64,000 bases of DNA. It comes from an uncultured Caldisericota bacterium (GTDB taxonomy: Bacteria; Caldisericota; Caldisericia; B22-G15). The notes under the pieces were generated by a model. It was given only the letters and a program-made list of their open reading frames with translations, made no database searches and had not been told where the DNA came from. The position numbers and the translations under genes were made by a program. The DNA lies in contig CAZXJJ010000002.1 of NCBI GenBank assembly GCA_964640995.1, positions 146,728-210,727 on the forward strand, in the 5' to 3' direction. Shown one piece after another: positions 27,490-38,198 of this stretch. The number at the start of each line of letters is the position of its first letter. The first letter of the stretch is position 1.

Positions 27490-30315
27490 ATGAATAATAA
27501 CTATATATTTGTTAAAGGTGCAAGAGTACACAATTTAAAAAATATTGATATAAAAATCCCAAGAAACAAATTGGTTGTGATAACTGGATTATCTGGTTCA
27601 GGCAAATCTTCTCTTGCTTTTGATACAATTTATGCTGAAGGTCAAAGAAGATATGTCGAATCTCTCTCTTCATATGCAAGACAATTTCTTGAACTTATGG
27701 ATAAACCAGATGTTGATTTTATTGAAGGTTTATCTCCTGCAATTGCAATAGATCAGAAAGCTACTACTCATAATCCAAGGTCAACTGTTGGAACAATGAC
27801 AGAAATTTATGACTATCTCCGACTACTTTTTGCAAGAATTGGAACTCCACATTGTCCTGAATGTGGAAGAGAGATAAGAAAGCAAACTCCACAAGAAATT
27901 GTTGATCAAATTCTCTCTTTTCCAAAAAACACAAAAATTATAATTCTCTCTCCTGTTGTAATTGGTAGAAAAGGAGAGTACAAAAATCTTTTTGAAAAAT
28001 TAAGAAAAGAAGGTTTTGTTAGAGTAAGAGTTGATAAGATAATTTATACCCTTGAAGAAGAAATAATATTAGATAAAAATAAAAAACATGACATTGATAT
28101 TGTTATTGATAGATTAATTATTCAAGATGATATTAAAGGAAGATTAACAGATTCGGTCGAACTTTCATTAAAATATTCAGAGGGTCTTGTAAAAGTTTTA
28201 AATGTTGAAAACAATGAAGAAATTATATTTTCATCAAGATTTGCTTGTCCTCATTGTGGAATTTCTCTTCCAGAAATTGAACCAAGACTATTTTCTTTTA
28301 ACTCTCCGTTTGGTGCTTGTGAAGAGTGTCAAGGTTTGGGATTTAAAATGGTTGTTGACCCAGATTTAATAATTCCAAATAAAAATTTATCAATTAGAGA
28401 AGGTGCAATAAAAGTTGCTGGATTTCAAAGTGAAGATGGATATACAATAGGTATTTTAGATGACCTTCTATCTAGTTTTGGATATAATGTTGATAAAAAA
28501 ATAAGTGATTTGGATGAAGAAGTTTTAGATATATTGTTTTATGGAACTAAAAGTAAATATTGGCATTCCACAAAATTAAGAAAGGGTTATAGACACTATA
28601 TCTATTGGGAAGGACTTGTTCCTATAATTGAAAGAAGATATAAAGAGACAGAATCATTTGAGATGAAAGAGTATTACGAAAAGTTTATGAGGTTTTTACC
28701 ATGTCCAGTTTGTAATGGAAAAAGATTAAAAAAAGAAGCCCTTGCTGTAAAAATCGGTGGTAAAAACATTTCAAAAATAACTGAAATGAATATTGAAGAT
28801 TGTTTGAAATTTTTTGAAAATTTATCTTTAACTGAAACACAAAATATAATTGCAAAACAGATACTTAAAGAGATAAAATCAAGACTCAAATTTTTAATTG
28901 ATGTGGGATTAAATTATTTAACACTAAACAGAGAATCAAGGTCTCTTTCAGGAGGTGAAGCACAAAGAATTAGACTTGCAACTCAAATTGGCTCTGGTTT
29001 AACTGGAGTCTTATATGTTTTAGATGAACCAACAATAGGACTTCATTATAGAGATACTAAAAGGTTATTGGACTCATTAAAAAGATTAAGAGACCTTAGC
29101 AATACTTTAATTGTTGTTGAACATGATGAACAAATAATAAAAGAATCTGACTGGATAATAGATATGGGTCCAGGTGCAGGAGAAAATGGTGGTAGAGTTG
29201 TTTTTGAAGGAAAATTTAATGAAATTATAAATGATAATGATTCTTTAACTGGTAAATATCTCTCTGGAAAATTAAAAATTGAAATTCCAACTAAAAGAAG
29301 AAAGGGAAATGGAAAATGTTTCGAAATAATTGGTGCAAAAGAACATAATTTAAAAAATATAAATGTGAAGATTCCTTTAAATACATTTACATGTATAACA
29401 GGAGTATCTGGTTCAGGAAAATCAACATTGATTTATGACATTTTATATAAGGGACTCGCAGGAATTTTTTACAACTCAAGTGAAAAACCAGGAAATTTCA
29501 AAGAATTTAGAGGTTTAGAAAATATTGATAGAGTTGTTCTAGTTGATCAATCTCCAATTGGAAGAACCCCAAGATCAAATCCCGCAACTTATACAAATGT
29601 TTTTACTCCAATTAGAGAACTATTTTCAAAAACAAGAGAGGCAAGAGAAAGAGGTTATACTCCTGGAAGATTTTCATTTAATGTCAGAGGTGGAAGATGT
29701 GAAGCATGTGAAGGTGCAGGAATTAAAAAAATTGAAATGCAATTTCTTCCAGATGTTTATGTTACCTGTGAAGTTTGTCAAGGAAAAAGATACAATAGAG
29801 AGACACTTGAAATTGAATGGAAGGGAAAAAATATTTCAGATGTCTTAAATATGACTGTTGATGAAGCATTTGAATTCTTTGAAAACATTGAACCGATAAA
29901 AAGAAAACTAAAACTATTAAAAGATGTTGGACTTGGTTATATTAAACTTGGTCAACCTGCACCAACTCTTTCTGGTGGAGAAGCACAGAGAGTAAAACTT
30001 GCTTATGAGCTATCAAAAAGTTTTAAAGGTCATACACTTTACCTTCTCGATGAACCAACAACAGGACTTCATTTTGATGATGTTAAAAAACTTTTGAATG
30101 TTTTAAATAGATTGGTAGAAAAAGGAAATACTGTTGTTGTCATAGAGCATCATCCAGATGTAATAAAAAGTGCAGATTACATTATAGATCTTGGACCAGA
30201 GGGTGGAGATGAGGGTGGATTTATAGTTGGAGAGGGAACTCCTGAAGAAATTGCTACAAATTATAACTCTTATACTGGAGAATTATTAAGAAAAATTTTG
30301 AATATTAAAAATTAA
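27490..30315 (+). CDS. uvrA: excinuclease ABC subunit A
   Basis: Starts [21 protein letters not shown]; two ABC modules ([20 protein letters not shown]; two LSGGE signatures) and zinc-finger Cys pairs. ORF-track start 27457 would overlap tRNA-Arg. Confidence 0.95.
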   Translation: MNNNYIFVKGARVHNLKNIDIKIPRNKLVVITGLSGSGKSSLAFDTIYAEGQRRYVESLSSYARQFLELMDKPDVDFIEGLSPAIAIDQKATTHNPRSTVGTMTEIYDYLRLLFARIGTPHCPECGREIRKQTPQEIVDQILSFPKNTKIIILSPVVIGRKGEYKNLFEKLRKEGFVRVRVDKIIYTLEEEIILDKNKKHDIDIVIDRLIIQDDIKGRLTDSVELSLKYSEGLVKVLNVENNEEIIFSSRFACPHCGISLPEIEPRLFSFNSPFGACEECQGLGFKMVVDPDLIIPNKNLSIREGAIKVAGFQSEDGYTIGILDDLLSSFGYNVDKKISDLDEEVLDILFYGTKSKYWHSTKLRKGYRHYIYWEGLVPIIERRYKETESFEMKEYYEKFMRFLPCPVCNGKRLKKEALAVKIGGKNISKITEMNIEDCLKFFENLSLTETQNIIAKQILKEIKSRLKFLIDVGLNYLTLNRESRSLSGGEAQRIRLATQIGSGLTGVLYVLDEPTIGLHYRDTKRLLDSLKRLRDLSNTLIVVEHDEQIIKESDWIIDMGPGAGENGGRVVFEGKFNEIINDNDSLTGKYLSGKLKIEIPTKRRKGNGKCFEIIGAKEHNLKNINVKIPLNTFTCITGVSGSGKSTLIYDILYKGLAGIFYNSSEKPGNFKEFRGLENIDRVVLVDQSPIGRTPRSNPATYTNVFTPIRELFSKTREARERGYTPGRFSFNVRGGRCEACEGAGIKKIEMQFLPDVYVTCEVCQGKRYNRETLEIEWKGKNISDVLNMTVDEAFEFFENIEPIKRKLKLLKDVGLGYIKLGQPAPTLSGGEAQRVKLAYELSKSFKGHTLYLLDEPTTGLHFDDVKKLLNVLNRLVEKGNTVVVIEHHPDVIKSADYIIDLGPEGGDEGGFIVGEGTPEEIATNYNSYTGELLRKILNIKN

Positions 30316-30321
30316 TATTCT

Positions 30322-31233
30322 CTAATTCAATTTAAAGAAAAAAATTGAAGTTGGCGAAATCTTTCTCTGTTCGAAAGTTAAAATCTTAAGAAATTCTAAA
30401 TATAAAGCCTTTCTTAAAGATAAAACTTCTCTTTCTAAAAGAATATACTCATTTATTAAATTAGTAAGTGTTCCTTTGTTGAAGTTTTCAGTTTTGAGGG
30501 CTTCTTTTTGTTTTTGATTATTCTCTTTTATTTTTTCTAAAATAACTTTCTCTTTTTCTTTTTCATTTTTAAACAACTCTTTCACTTTTTCAATTTGTTG
30601 ATCAGTGAGATTAAGTCTCCTTTTTAGAAATTGCAAATCAAGATAATACATTAATTTTAACTTTTTAGAATTCTCCTTTTCTATCATTTCTTTAAGATTT
30701 TTTCTCTGCTTTTCAGATAAATTTAGTCCTCTACCAACTTTTATATAATTTCTTATTTTTTGGTTGAAATTTTCAAGTTTTTCCTTAATAAAATCTGGCA
30801 TAAAACCTTTAGATTTTATAATTGAAAATTCAGTAAATGTTGGGAAAAATTTTATTTGTTCTTTATTTAAAATGGATATTATATTTAGATATGCATCTTT
30901 CTTTAAATTTGAAAGATCAACTAAGTTTTTTATTTGTGATTCAACAAGAAAATTTAGCTCTTTTTCATTTAAAACTTCTTTTGAGAGTAAAACTTTTTCT
31001 TTTTCACTATTTTCCTTTATTTTCTTTAGAATCTCTTCTCTTTTATCTCTTAATTCTTTTAATATTTTCTCAATTTTTTCTTTCTGTTCGTATGTTAAAT
31101 TTAATTTTTTAATGTTGAATGGTGGAAATTTTTCTTGAGAATTTTTTAGAAAATTACCTGCATAAACTCCAGTTAAAACTATTAAACCTGAAAGTAAGAT
31201 TATAAGAATTGTTATTAAAATTTTTTTATTCAT
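30322..31233 (-). CDS. periplasmic LTXXQ-motif protein (Spy/CpxP-family-like)
   Basis: Signal peptide/anchor, then repeated LTxxQ-type motifs (LNLTYEQKEKI, LNLSEKQRKNL, LNLTDQQIEKV, LTFEQRK) in a KE-rich helical protein; 303 aa. Confidence 0.5.
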   Translation of the reverse strand: MNKKILITILIILLSGLIVLTGVYAGNFLKNSQEKFPPFNIKKLNLTYEQKEKIEKILKELRDKREEILKKIKENSEKEKVLLSKEVLNEKELNFLVESQIKNLVDLSNLKKDAYLNIISILNKEQIKFFPTFTEFSIIKSKGFMPDFIKEKLENFNQKIRNYIKVGRGLNLSEKQRKNLKEMIEKENSKKLKLMYYLDLQFLKRRLNLTDQQIEKVKELFKNEKEKEKVILEKIKENNQKQKEALKTENFNKGTLTNLINEYILLEREVLSLRKALYLEFLKILTFEQRKISPTSIFFFKLN

Positions 31234-31287
31234 AATGCCTCACCTCCACCTATTTATACAAACAAAATTCAATTTTGTTACAAGGTA

Positions 31288-31375
31288 TGGTGCCGGAGGT
31301 GGGAATCGAACCCACACGGACTCATCGTCCGAGGGATTTTAAGTCCCTTGCGTCTGCCTGTTCCGCCACTCCGGC
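31288..31375 (-). tRNA. tRNA-Leu (anticodon UAA)
   Basis: Reverse complement reads GCCGGAGTGGCGGAACAGG...AGGGACTTAAAATCCCT...GGTTCGATTCCCAC...CTCCGGCACCA; long variable arm, anticodon TAA. Confidence 0.9.
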
Positions 31376-31377
31376 AC

Positions 31378-31452
31378 TGGAGGCGGCACCCGGATTTGAA
31401 CCGGGGAATAACGGTTTTGCAGACCGTCGCCTTACCACTTGGCTATGCCGCC
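31378..31452 (-). tRNA. tRNA-Cys (anticodon GCA)
   Basis: Reverse complement reads GGCGGCATAGCCAAGTGGTAAGGC...GGTCTGCAAAACC...GGTTCAAATCCGGGTGCCGCCTCCA; 2 nt from tRNA-Leu. Confidence 0.9.
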
Positions 31453-31517
31453 AACACCTAAGTTTATTTATATCAAACTTAAATATTATTTCAAGTTATT
31501 TGATAAAATATAGAAAT

Positions 31518-32297
31518 ATGAGTTATTTTTTTGTAGATTCACATATTCATCTTGATATGAAAATTTTTGATTCAGATAGAGAATTCGTAATAAAAGAATC
31601 TATTGAGAATGGTGTAAAATATTTACTTAATGTTGGTTATGATTATGAATCCTCTTTAAATTCACATAAATTATCCAAAACATATGAATTTATCTATGCT
31701 TCTCTTGGTTTTCATCCACATGATGCAAAAAATTTTAAAGATAAACATTTAAATGAATTTGAAAAATTTATAAAAGATAACAAAAAAGTTGTGGCAATCG
31801 GAGAAATTGGTTTAGATTATTATAGGAATCTTTCACCAAAAGAAACCCAAATAGAAGTTTTCGAAAAACAGATTGAATTTTCAAAAGAGATTAATTTACC
31901 AATTATAATACATGAAAGAGATAGTTTTTGGGATACAGTAGAAATTTTAAAAAAATATAAAGGCAAAATAAGAGGAGTATTTCATTGTTTTGGCGGAGAT
32001 ATATCAAAGTTAAAAGAAGTTATAAATTTAGGTTTTTATTTAGGAATTGGAGGAACCATAACATATCCAAAAAATAATATCTTAAGAGAAACAGTAATAA
32101 GGGCTCCAATTGAAAGAATTTTGCTAGAAACAGATGCTCCATATCTTCCTCCTCAGAATTTTAGAGGAAAAAGAAATGAACCTAAATTTTTAATATATAC
32201 TGCCGAATATTTAGCAAAATTATTTAATATATCAATGGAAAAATTATCAGAAATAACTAACAAAAACTTTTCAGAATTATTTAAAATATCTTTTTAA
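31518..32297 (+). CDS. tatD: TatD-family metal-dependent hydrolase (DNase)
   Basis: Starts MSYFFVDSHIHLD; motifs GEIGLDY, IIHERD, ETDAPYL; 260 aa. ORF-track start 31275 is an artefactual extension across the tRNA genes. Confidence 0.85.
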   Translation: MSYFFVDSHIHLDMKIFDSDREFVIKESIENGVKYLLNVGYDYESSLNSHKLSKTYEFIYASLGFHPHDAKNFKDKHLNEFEKFIKDNKKVVAIGEIGLDYYRNLSPKETQIEVFEKQIEFSKEINLPIIIHERDSFWDTVEILKKYKGKIRGVFHCFGGDISKLKEVINLGFYLGIGGTITYPKNNILRETVIRAPIERILLETDAPYLPPQNFRGKRNEPKFLIYTAEYLAKLFNISMEKLSEITNKNFSELFKISF

Positions 32298-32385
32298 AAT
32301 ATCAAATTTTTTTATGCCAAAAATCTTGACATAAAATATAAAATAAAATATCTTAATATTTATAAACCCTTTTTAGGAGGTTAGA
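32298..32385 (+). promoter_or_regulatory. candidate promoter region for the amino-acid ABC transporter operon
   Basis: TTGACA at 32326-32331 with a weak -10 (TATCTT) 17 nt downstream; RBS AGGAGG before ATG 32386. Confidence 0.3.
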
Positions 32386-33396
32386 ATGTTTAAAAAAGTT
32401 TTACTCATTATTATTATTTTCACACTTTTTGGAATTTTCATTGGTTGTAGAACAGGAAGTCAAACAACACTTTCAGGTGTACTAAAAGATGAAAATGGTG
32501 AACCTATGAAAGATGTCAAAATTAATCTTGATTCTCTTTCAGTATCAACTAATGATAAAGGAAAGTTTGTTTTCAAAAATTTAGAAGAGAGGAGTTATAA
32601 CTTATCTGTAAATTTAGAAGGATATTATCCAATAAATCAAAGAGTTAATATATCAAAAGGTGCAAATAGTATAAATTTAACTTTAAAAATGACAACTTTA
32701 TTAAAAGCAAAAAACAGAGGATATTTACTAGTTGGTTCTGATGTAACTTATCCTCCATTTGAGTTTATGGAAAATGGAAAGCCGGTTGGCTTTGATATTG
32801 ATTTAATAAATTTAATTGCTCAAGGGATGGGTTTAAATGGTGCGCAAATAATTGATACTGCATGGGATGGAATTTTTGCTGCATTAAAAACAGAAAAATT
32901 TGATGTAATTATTTCATCTGTAACAATAACAGAAGATAGAAAAAAGGAGATGTTATTCTCCGATCCATATTATGATTCAGGACAAATTATTGCAGTAAGA
33001 AGAGAAGATACAAGAATAAATAATGAAAATGATCTAGTTGGTAAAATTGTTGGAGTTCAAATAAATACAACAGGTGATTTTACAGCACAAAAAATTTCAG
33101 GAATAAAAGAAATCAAAAGATATGATGATATACAACAGGCATTTCAAGATCTTGAACTCGGAAGAATTGATGCAGTTTTAAATGATTTGCCTGTAAATGC
33201 ATGGTTTGCAAAAGAGAGAAAAAATGTTAAACTTGTTGGAAAACTTTTAACAGTTGAACAATATGGAATTTGTGCTCGACTTGAAGATCAAACTTTAATT
33301 AATGAAATAAATAGAGCACTCAAAAATTTAAGGGAGAGTGGAAAATATAGAGAAATTTATGTAAAGTGGTTTGGCGTCGAACCTCCTCAAAAGTAA
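32386..33396 (+). CDS. polar amino-acid ABC transporter substrate-binding protein with N-terminal beta-sandwich (carboxypeptidase-regulatory-like) domain
   Basis: Lipoprotein-like signal (FIGCRTG); about 80-aa Ser/Asn-rich beta domain; then type-3 binding-protein region (VGSDVTYPPFEF, DVIISSVTITEDRKK). Confidence 0.75.
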   Translation: MFKKVLLIIIIFTLFGIFIGCRTGSQTTLSGVLKDENGEPMKDVKINLDSLSVSTNDKGKFVFKNLEERSYNLSVNLEGYYPINQRVNISKGANSINLTLKMTTLLKAKNRGYLLVGSDVTYPPFEFMENGKPVGFDIDLINLIAQGMGLNGAQIIDTAWDGIFAALKTEKFDVIISSVTITEDRKKEMLFSDPYYDSGQIIAVRREDTRINNENDLVGKIVGVQINTTGDFTAQKISGIKEIKRYDDIQQAFQDLELGRIDAVLNDLPVNAWFAKERKNVKLVGKLLTVEQYGICARLEDQTLINEINRALKNLRESGKYREIYVKWFGVEPPQK

Positions 33397-33405
33397 AGTA
33401 TAAAG

Positions 33406-34074
33406 ATGACTGGTCTTGATTTCAGATTATCACTTTTACTTAACTCCATACCAATTTTACTCAATGGAGCAAGATATACAATTCTTTTTTCAGTAATTTC
33501 AATAATTTTTGGTATAATTATAGGGCTTTGTGCCTCCTTACTTAAAATATCAAAAAATGTGATTTTAAGAACAATTGGGAGTACCTATATAGAAATCATA
33601 AGAGGTACTCCCCTTCTCCTCCATATAATGGTTGCCTATTATGGTCTTGCTGCATTTAATATAAAACTTGACTATTTCACAGCAGGAGTCCTTGCTTTAT
33701 CAATAAATTCAGGAGCATATTGTGGAGAAATTTTTAGAGCAGGAATTGAATCAATAGAGAAAGGACAAATGGAAGCTGCAAGATCTGTTGGAATGACCTA
33801 TGGACAAGCAATGAGATATGTAATTTTACCTCAAGCATTCAAAAGAGTTATTCCACCATTGACAAATGAATTTGTTGCAATGCTTAAAGATTCATCTTTA
33901 CTCTCAATAATTGCTGTTCCAGAACTCCTTAGAAATGCAAGACAACTCATGGGGACAAAAGCAAATGTTTGGACACCACTAATTGGCGCTGCATTGATTT
34001 ATCTTGTTTTAACACTTCCGCTTACAAGACTTGCTTATGTTTTAGAAAGGAGGATGGCTAAAGGTGGCATATAA
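33406..34074 (+). CDS. amino-acid ABC transporter permease (His/Glu/Gln/Arg family)
   Basis: 222 aa, about 5 TM segments, EAA-like loop ([23 protein letters not shown]). Confidence 0.8.
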   Translation: MTGLDFRLSLLLNSIPILLNGARYTILFSVISIIFGIIIGLCASLLKISKNVILRTIGSTYIEIIRGTPLLLHIMVAYYGLAAFNIKLDYFTAGVLALSINSGAYCGEIFRAGIESIEKGQMEAARSVGMTYGQAMRYVILPQAFKRVIPPLTNEFVAMLKDSSLLSIIAVPELLRNARQLMGTKANVWTPLIGAALIYLVLTLPLTRLAYVLERRMAKGGI

Positions 34075-34813
34075 CAACAATAATGTTATTTTAAAGATAA
34101 GAAACCTCAACAAACATTTTGGAAGATTAGATGTACTTAAAAATATAAATTTAGATTTACATAAACAAGAGGTTCTTGTAATAATTGGACCCTCAGGTGC
34201 AGGAAAATCAACTCTTATTAGATGTATAAATAGATTAGAAGAACCAACTTCAGGTGAAATATACTTTGATGGAGAGAAAATTGACAAGAATACAGATTAT
34301 AACAAATTAAGAGAAAGAATTGGAATGGTTTTTCAGAGATTTAACCTTTTTCACCATTTGACTGCTCTTGAAAATATAACACTTCCATTAAAAGTTGTAA
34401 AAAAGAAAACTGATTCAGATGCGAAAAAAATTGCTTTTGAATATCTTGAAAAAGTTGGACTTAAAGATAGAGCAAATCATTATCCTATACAACTTTCAGG
34501 TGGTGAACAACAAAGAGTTGCAATTGCAAGAGCACTTGCACTTCAACCAGAAATTATGCTCTTTGATGAACCAACATCTGCAATTGATGTTGAATTAATT
34601 AAAGATGTTCTTGATGTTATGAAAATTCTTGCAAGAGATGGTATGACAATGATTGTTGTTTCACATGAAATGGGTTTTGCAAAAGAAGTTGGAGATAGAA
34701 TAATATTCATGGATAAAGGTGAAATAGTTGAAGAGAATGACCCTCAAGAATTTTTTAGAAATCCGAAAACAGAAAGAGCAAAACAATTCCTTTCAAGAAT
34801 AATTAATATTTAA
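34064..34813 (+). CDS. amino-acid ABC transporter ATP-binding protein
   Basis: Walker [10 protein letters not shown], signature [15 protein letters not shown], Walker [10 protein letters not shown]; 249 aa. Confidence 0.85.
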   Translation: MAYNNNNVILKIRNLNKHFGRLDVLKNINLDLHKQEVLVIIGPSGAGKSTLIRCINRLEEPTSGEIYFDGEKIDKNTDYNKLRERIGMVFQRFNLFHHLTALENITLPLKVVKKKTDSDAKKIAFEYLEKVGLKDRANHYPIQLSGGEQQRVAIARALALQPEIMLFDEPTSAIDVELIKDVLDVMKILARDGMTMIVVSHEMGFAKEVGDRIIFMDKGEIVEENDPQEFFRNPKTERAKQFLSRIINI

Positions 34814-34868
34814 AAAATCAATTTTCATTGTATAATTAAATTTGACTTCTTTTTAAAGGAGAGATTAT

Positions 34869-35699
34869 ATGTATCCAATTTTTATTAGAATTGGTGATTT
34901 TGCTCTAAGATGGTATGGAGTAACAATTGCACTTTCAGTTATAATTGGAATTATTTATGCACATAGAGAATTTAAAAAAATAGGAATAAATGATGATATT
35001 TTTTATGATTATGTTATCTGGCTAATATTTGTTGGAGTTCTTGGTGCAAGGTTATTCAATATTTTGTTTAATACTCCTCTTTACTATTTTACTAATCCTA
35101 TTAGAATTTTTTATTTATGGGAAGGTGGTTTATCATATCTCGGAATAGTTGTTTTTGGATATATTTTTTCATATTACTATTGGAAAAAAAAAGGAAATCT
35201 TTTCTATAAAGTTGCAGATATTGCATCAATTCCTCTTGCACTTGGTTGGGGAATTGGAAGAATAGGTTGTACACTTAATGGATGTTGCTATGGAAAACCT
35301 ACGGGACTCCCATTTCCATTCTCCATAACTTTTACAAACCCAGAATCATTTGCACCAATAGGAATTTCAAGATACCCTACACAACCACTTTTATCAATTC
35401 TTGGTTTTATAACATTTTTTGTACTTATCAAATTAAGAAAAAAGATAAAAGTTAATGGAGCAATTTTTTCACTATTTTTAGTTTTTTATAGCATCTCAAC
35501 ATTTTTTGTTGAATTTTTAAGAGGAGATCACACTCCTATTTTTGGATTAACACCATCACAATGGGGAACTTTTCCTTTACTTATTTTTGCATATCTATTC
35601 TATAAATCTTCTCCCAGCCTAAAGCATGAAAAAGAAAAACTTGAAATTGAAAATCCTTCAGATGTTCAAAATGAGAAAAAAGATGATGAGATGAATTAA
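34869..35699 (+). CDS. lgt: prolipoprotein diacylglyceryl transferase
   Basis: Polytopic membrane protein with Lgt-like GIGRIGCTLNGCCYGKP signature and YLWEGGLSY region; 276 aa. Confidence 0.8.
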   Translation: MYPIFIRIGDFALRWYGVTIALSVIIGIIYAHREFKKIGINDDIFYDYVIWLIFVGVLGARLFNILFNTPLYYFTNPIRIFYLWEGGLSYLGIVVFGYIFSYYYWKKKGNLFYKVADIASIPLALGWGIGRIGCTLNGCCYGKPTGLPFPFSITFTNPESFAPIGISRYPTQPLLSILGFITFFVLIKLRKKIKVNGAIFSLFLVFYSISTFFVEFLRGDHTPIFGLTPSQWGTFPLLIFAYLFYKSSPSLKHEKEKLEIENPSDVQNEKKDDEMN

Positions 35700-36441
35700 A
35701 AAAGCATATAAAAGATGATCCGCTTCCAGACATTATAACATTAATTGCAAAGTGCTTTAAAAGAAAATTTTTTATATCTTTTAACTCTGGTTTCATTTTA
35801 AAAGCAAATTCTTCTAAATCATTTTTTAAATATTGAATAAAATCATCACCAAATAATATTTTATCAAGAACTTTATCAGTAAAAATTTCTTTTTTCTCAA
35901 TTTTATCTATAGCACCATAAACTTCTTTTGTTGAAATTTTTATATTTGGATAAATGACAGAAAAGAAAAACTCTTTATCTTTTGCATAAATTGGAAATAC
36001 TTTTTCGCCTTTATTTTCAATTATTAAGAGTTTTTCTTCTCTTAAAAAAAGATTTACATCAGAACCTAACTCTTTTCCAATTTCAAAAAGTGCTTCTTCT
36101 TGAAGAGGATAGTTAAAAATTTGGTTTAAAGATAAAAGAACTCTTGCGGCATTTGAACTTCCTCCACCAAGACCACTTTCTATCGGAATATTCTTTTTTA
36201 TTCTTATTTTTATTTTTTCTTTTATATTTGTAATTTCAAAAAATTTTTTCTTTGTCTTTTCAACAATATCATTATTAATAAAAGCATCTTCATATAAAAC
36301 TTTATCTTCTCCAAATTCAAAATAAATTTCATCATAAATAGGAATTTTTAAAACTAAACTTTTAATTGAATGATATCCATCTGGAAGTTTTGATAATATA
36401 TCAAGTGTTAAGTTTATTTTCGCTTCTGATAAAAATTTCAT
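35581..36441 (-). CDS. ispE: 4-diphosphocytidyl-2-C-methyl-D-erythritol kinase
   Basis: GHMP-kinase motifs KINLTLDI and PIESGLGGGSSNAA; 286 aa; 3' end overlaps the lgt 3' end by 119 bp (convergent). Confidence 0.8.
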   Translation of the reverse strand: MKFLSEAKINLTLDILSKLPDGYHSIKSLVLKIPIYDEIYFEFGEDKVLYEDAFINNDIVEKTKKKFFEITNIKEKIKIRIKKNIPIESGLGGGSSNAARVLLSLNQIFNYPLQEEALFEIGKELGSDVNLFLREEKLLIIENKGEKVFPIYAKDKEFFFSVIYPNIKISTKEVYGAIDKIEKKEIFTDKVLDKILFGDDFIQYLKNDLEEFAFKMKPELKDIKNFLLKHFAINVIMSGSGSSFICFFNSSHHLFSHFEHLKDFQFQVFLFHALGWEKIYRIDMQK

Positions 36442-37177
36442 ATAAATTTATATATTCTTCAACACTCAAATTTTCTGGTCTTAAATTTAGATCAAGTGAT
36501 AAATCTTCACTTATTAAACTAGATAAAACTTTTTTAATCTTTTTTCTTCTTTTTGAAAAAATCTCTTTTAAAAATTTTTCATAATTTTCAAATTTTTCTT
36601 CCCATAACCTTTTTCTTTTAAAATAAATAAATATAGAATCAACATCGGGTCTTGGATAAAAGTTATTTTTATTGAAAATTTTGATATTCCTCAAATCAAA
36701 AAAAGTTTGTATAAATATTGAAATAGCACCATAACTTTTTGAATTTTCTTTTGATAAAATTCTTTCACCTAACTCCTTTTGTATCATGAAATATCCATCA
36801 ATTAAACCATTAATTTTTGAACATTTTTTTAAAATTTCAGTTGAAGTTGAATATGGAAGATTTGAAAAAAATCTAAATTTTTCAGGAAAATTTTCTTCTT
36901 TTAAAAAATCCATTAATTTTATCTCTATATTTTTATAAAAAATTATATTTTCACATATAATTTCTTTTAATCTCTCATCTATCTCATAAGAAATTACTTT
37001 ATTAACTCTTTTTGCTATTTCTTTTGTTACATCCCCTATTCCAGTTCCGACTTCAATAATTATGTCATCTTCACTAAAATCTGTTAAATTTATTAATTCT
37101 TCTCTATTACCTATGAAAAAATTTTGTCCTAAACTCTTTTTAAATCTAAATTTTTTTAAGAAGTCTTTTTTATTCAA
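36401..37177 (-). CDS. rsmA: 16S rRNA (adenine1518/1519-N6)-dimethyltransferase
   Basis: KKSLGQNFF N-terminal motif and SAM-binding EVGTGIGDVT; 258 aa. Confidence 0.85.
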   Translation of the reverse strand: MNKKDFLKKFRFKKSLGQNFFIGNREELINLTDFSEDDIIIEVGTGIGDVTKEIAKRVNKVISYEIDERLKEIICENIIFYKNIEIKLMDFLKEENFPEKFRFFSNLPYSTSTEILKKCSKINGLIDGYFMIQKELGERILSKENSKSYGAISIFIQTFFDLRNIKIFNKNNFYPRPDVDSIFIYFKRKRLWEEKFENYEKFLKEIFSKRRKKIKKVLSSLISEDLSLDLNLRPENLSVEEYINLYEIFIRSENKLNT

Positions 37178-37557
37178 AATTTAAGCTCTTCTGAAATATC
37201 ACCAATTATTGGAATTTTCCAGAATTTTCCAAGAAGCGCCTCTATAAAAGCATATAGCGCAATAAGAAAAACTATAACTCCTATTATGTATTTGAAAACC
37301 CAACCAATAAAAGGAATCATGCCAAGAACCCAAATAATAACTTCAACAATGAATAAAACAAAACCTTGCTTTGCATGAGAGTTAACTAATGGATCATCTT
37401 TAACTAATACAAGAGGTATTATAAAGAGAAATGGTATGTAACTTATTGCAGAAATTATCCTTTTTTCATCCTCTCTATCTATTTTTATCTCCATTCTTTC
37501 TCCTCCTCTTGTTTTTACTCTCTTTAAGTTTTTTGATCTCTTTTTCAAGTTCTTCAA
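37174..37557 (-). CDS. small membrane protein (DUF4870-like)
   Basis: 127 aa, 2-3 TM segments with a SHAKQG-type motif; likely real start at internal Met (MEIKIDRED, about 37494). Confidence 0.4.
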   Translation of the reverse strand: MKNLKKRSKNLKRVKTRGGERMEIKIDREDEKRIISAISYIPFLFIIPLVLVKDDPLVNSHAKQGFVLFIVEVIIWVLGMIPFIGWVFKYIIGVIVFLIALYAFIEALLGKFWKIPIIGDISEELKF

Positions 37558-38179
37558 TCTTTCTTAAAAGATAATCGTTTTTCTCTTCAAGGGTTGTGTC
37601 AAGATAAAGTTCAGGCATCATAGGTAAATTAAAGTTTATATCATCATCATATTCAGTTATATCCTCATATGGTATTGTATTTATATCTTGTATAATTTGA
37701 ATCATCCTTTTTTCTTTTAACTCTTCTTCATCTTCAATATCTTTATTGATTTTATTTAAAAGTACAGTTGGAACAAAAATAACAATTTTACCATCCTCTG
37801 TTTTACCTATAGTGCCATATCTTTCTTTGAATTCAAGAATAAAAGATGGTGAAACCATGTAAATATGATTATCTTCATCAACAAAAACAACAGATGCCTT
37901 TATTGGTTTCTTTTTTTTCAATTCATCAAATTTTTTTATAAAATCTTTAACATAATCACTTTCAATTATTACACATTTATCGCCAAAGTGGTAAGAGTTA
38001 AAAAATTTAAAATGTTTGCTCATTCCTTTAATTATTGAATGTGTTTTAAGTAGAATAAAAAAAGAATTAGAATTCACATAATAACTATTCTTATCTATTT
38101 TAACAATCTTTTCAATGTCATCTGTAAAGGTTTCTTTAAGGGTTTTTTTCAATAAAAGTTTAACATCTTCTTTTATCAT
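37475..38179 (-). CDS. hypothetical protein
   Basis: 234 aa, soluble, C-terminal KE-rich coiled coil and basic tail; no recognisable motif. Confidence 0.3.
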   Translation of the reverse strand: MIKEDVKLLLKKTLKETFTDDIEKIVKIDKNSYYVNSNSFFILLKTHSIIKGMSKHFKFFNSYHFGDKCVIIESDYVKDFIKKFDELKKKKPIKASVVFVDEDNHIYMVSPSFILEFKERYGTIGKTEDGKIVIFVPTVLLNKINKDIEDEEELKEKRMIQIIQDINTIPYEDITEYDDDINFNLPMMPELYLDTTLEEKNDYLLRKIEELEKEIKKLKESKNKRRRKNGDKNR

Positions 38180-38198
38180 AAATTACATTTTACCACAA

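Noticed and set aside
30764-31138. Two overlapping plus-strand ORFs (124 and 91 aa) inside the Spy-like gene
   Set aside because: Antisense to a gene with clear repeated LTxxQ motifs; Phe/Ser/Leu-rich as expected from reading the complement of AAA/GAA-rich codons.
31275-31517. N-terminal extension of the TatD ORF (ORF track starts at 31275)
   Set aside because: The extension reads through tRNA-Leu and tRNA-Cys on the opposite strand; the real TatD start is ATG 31518 (MSYFFVDSHIHLD).
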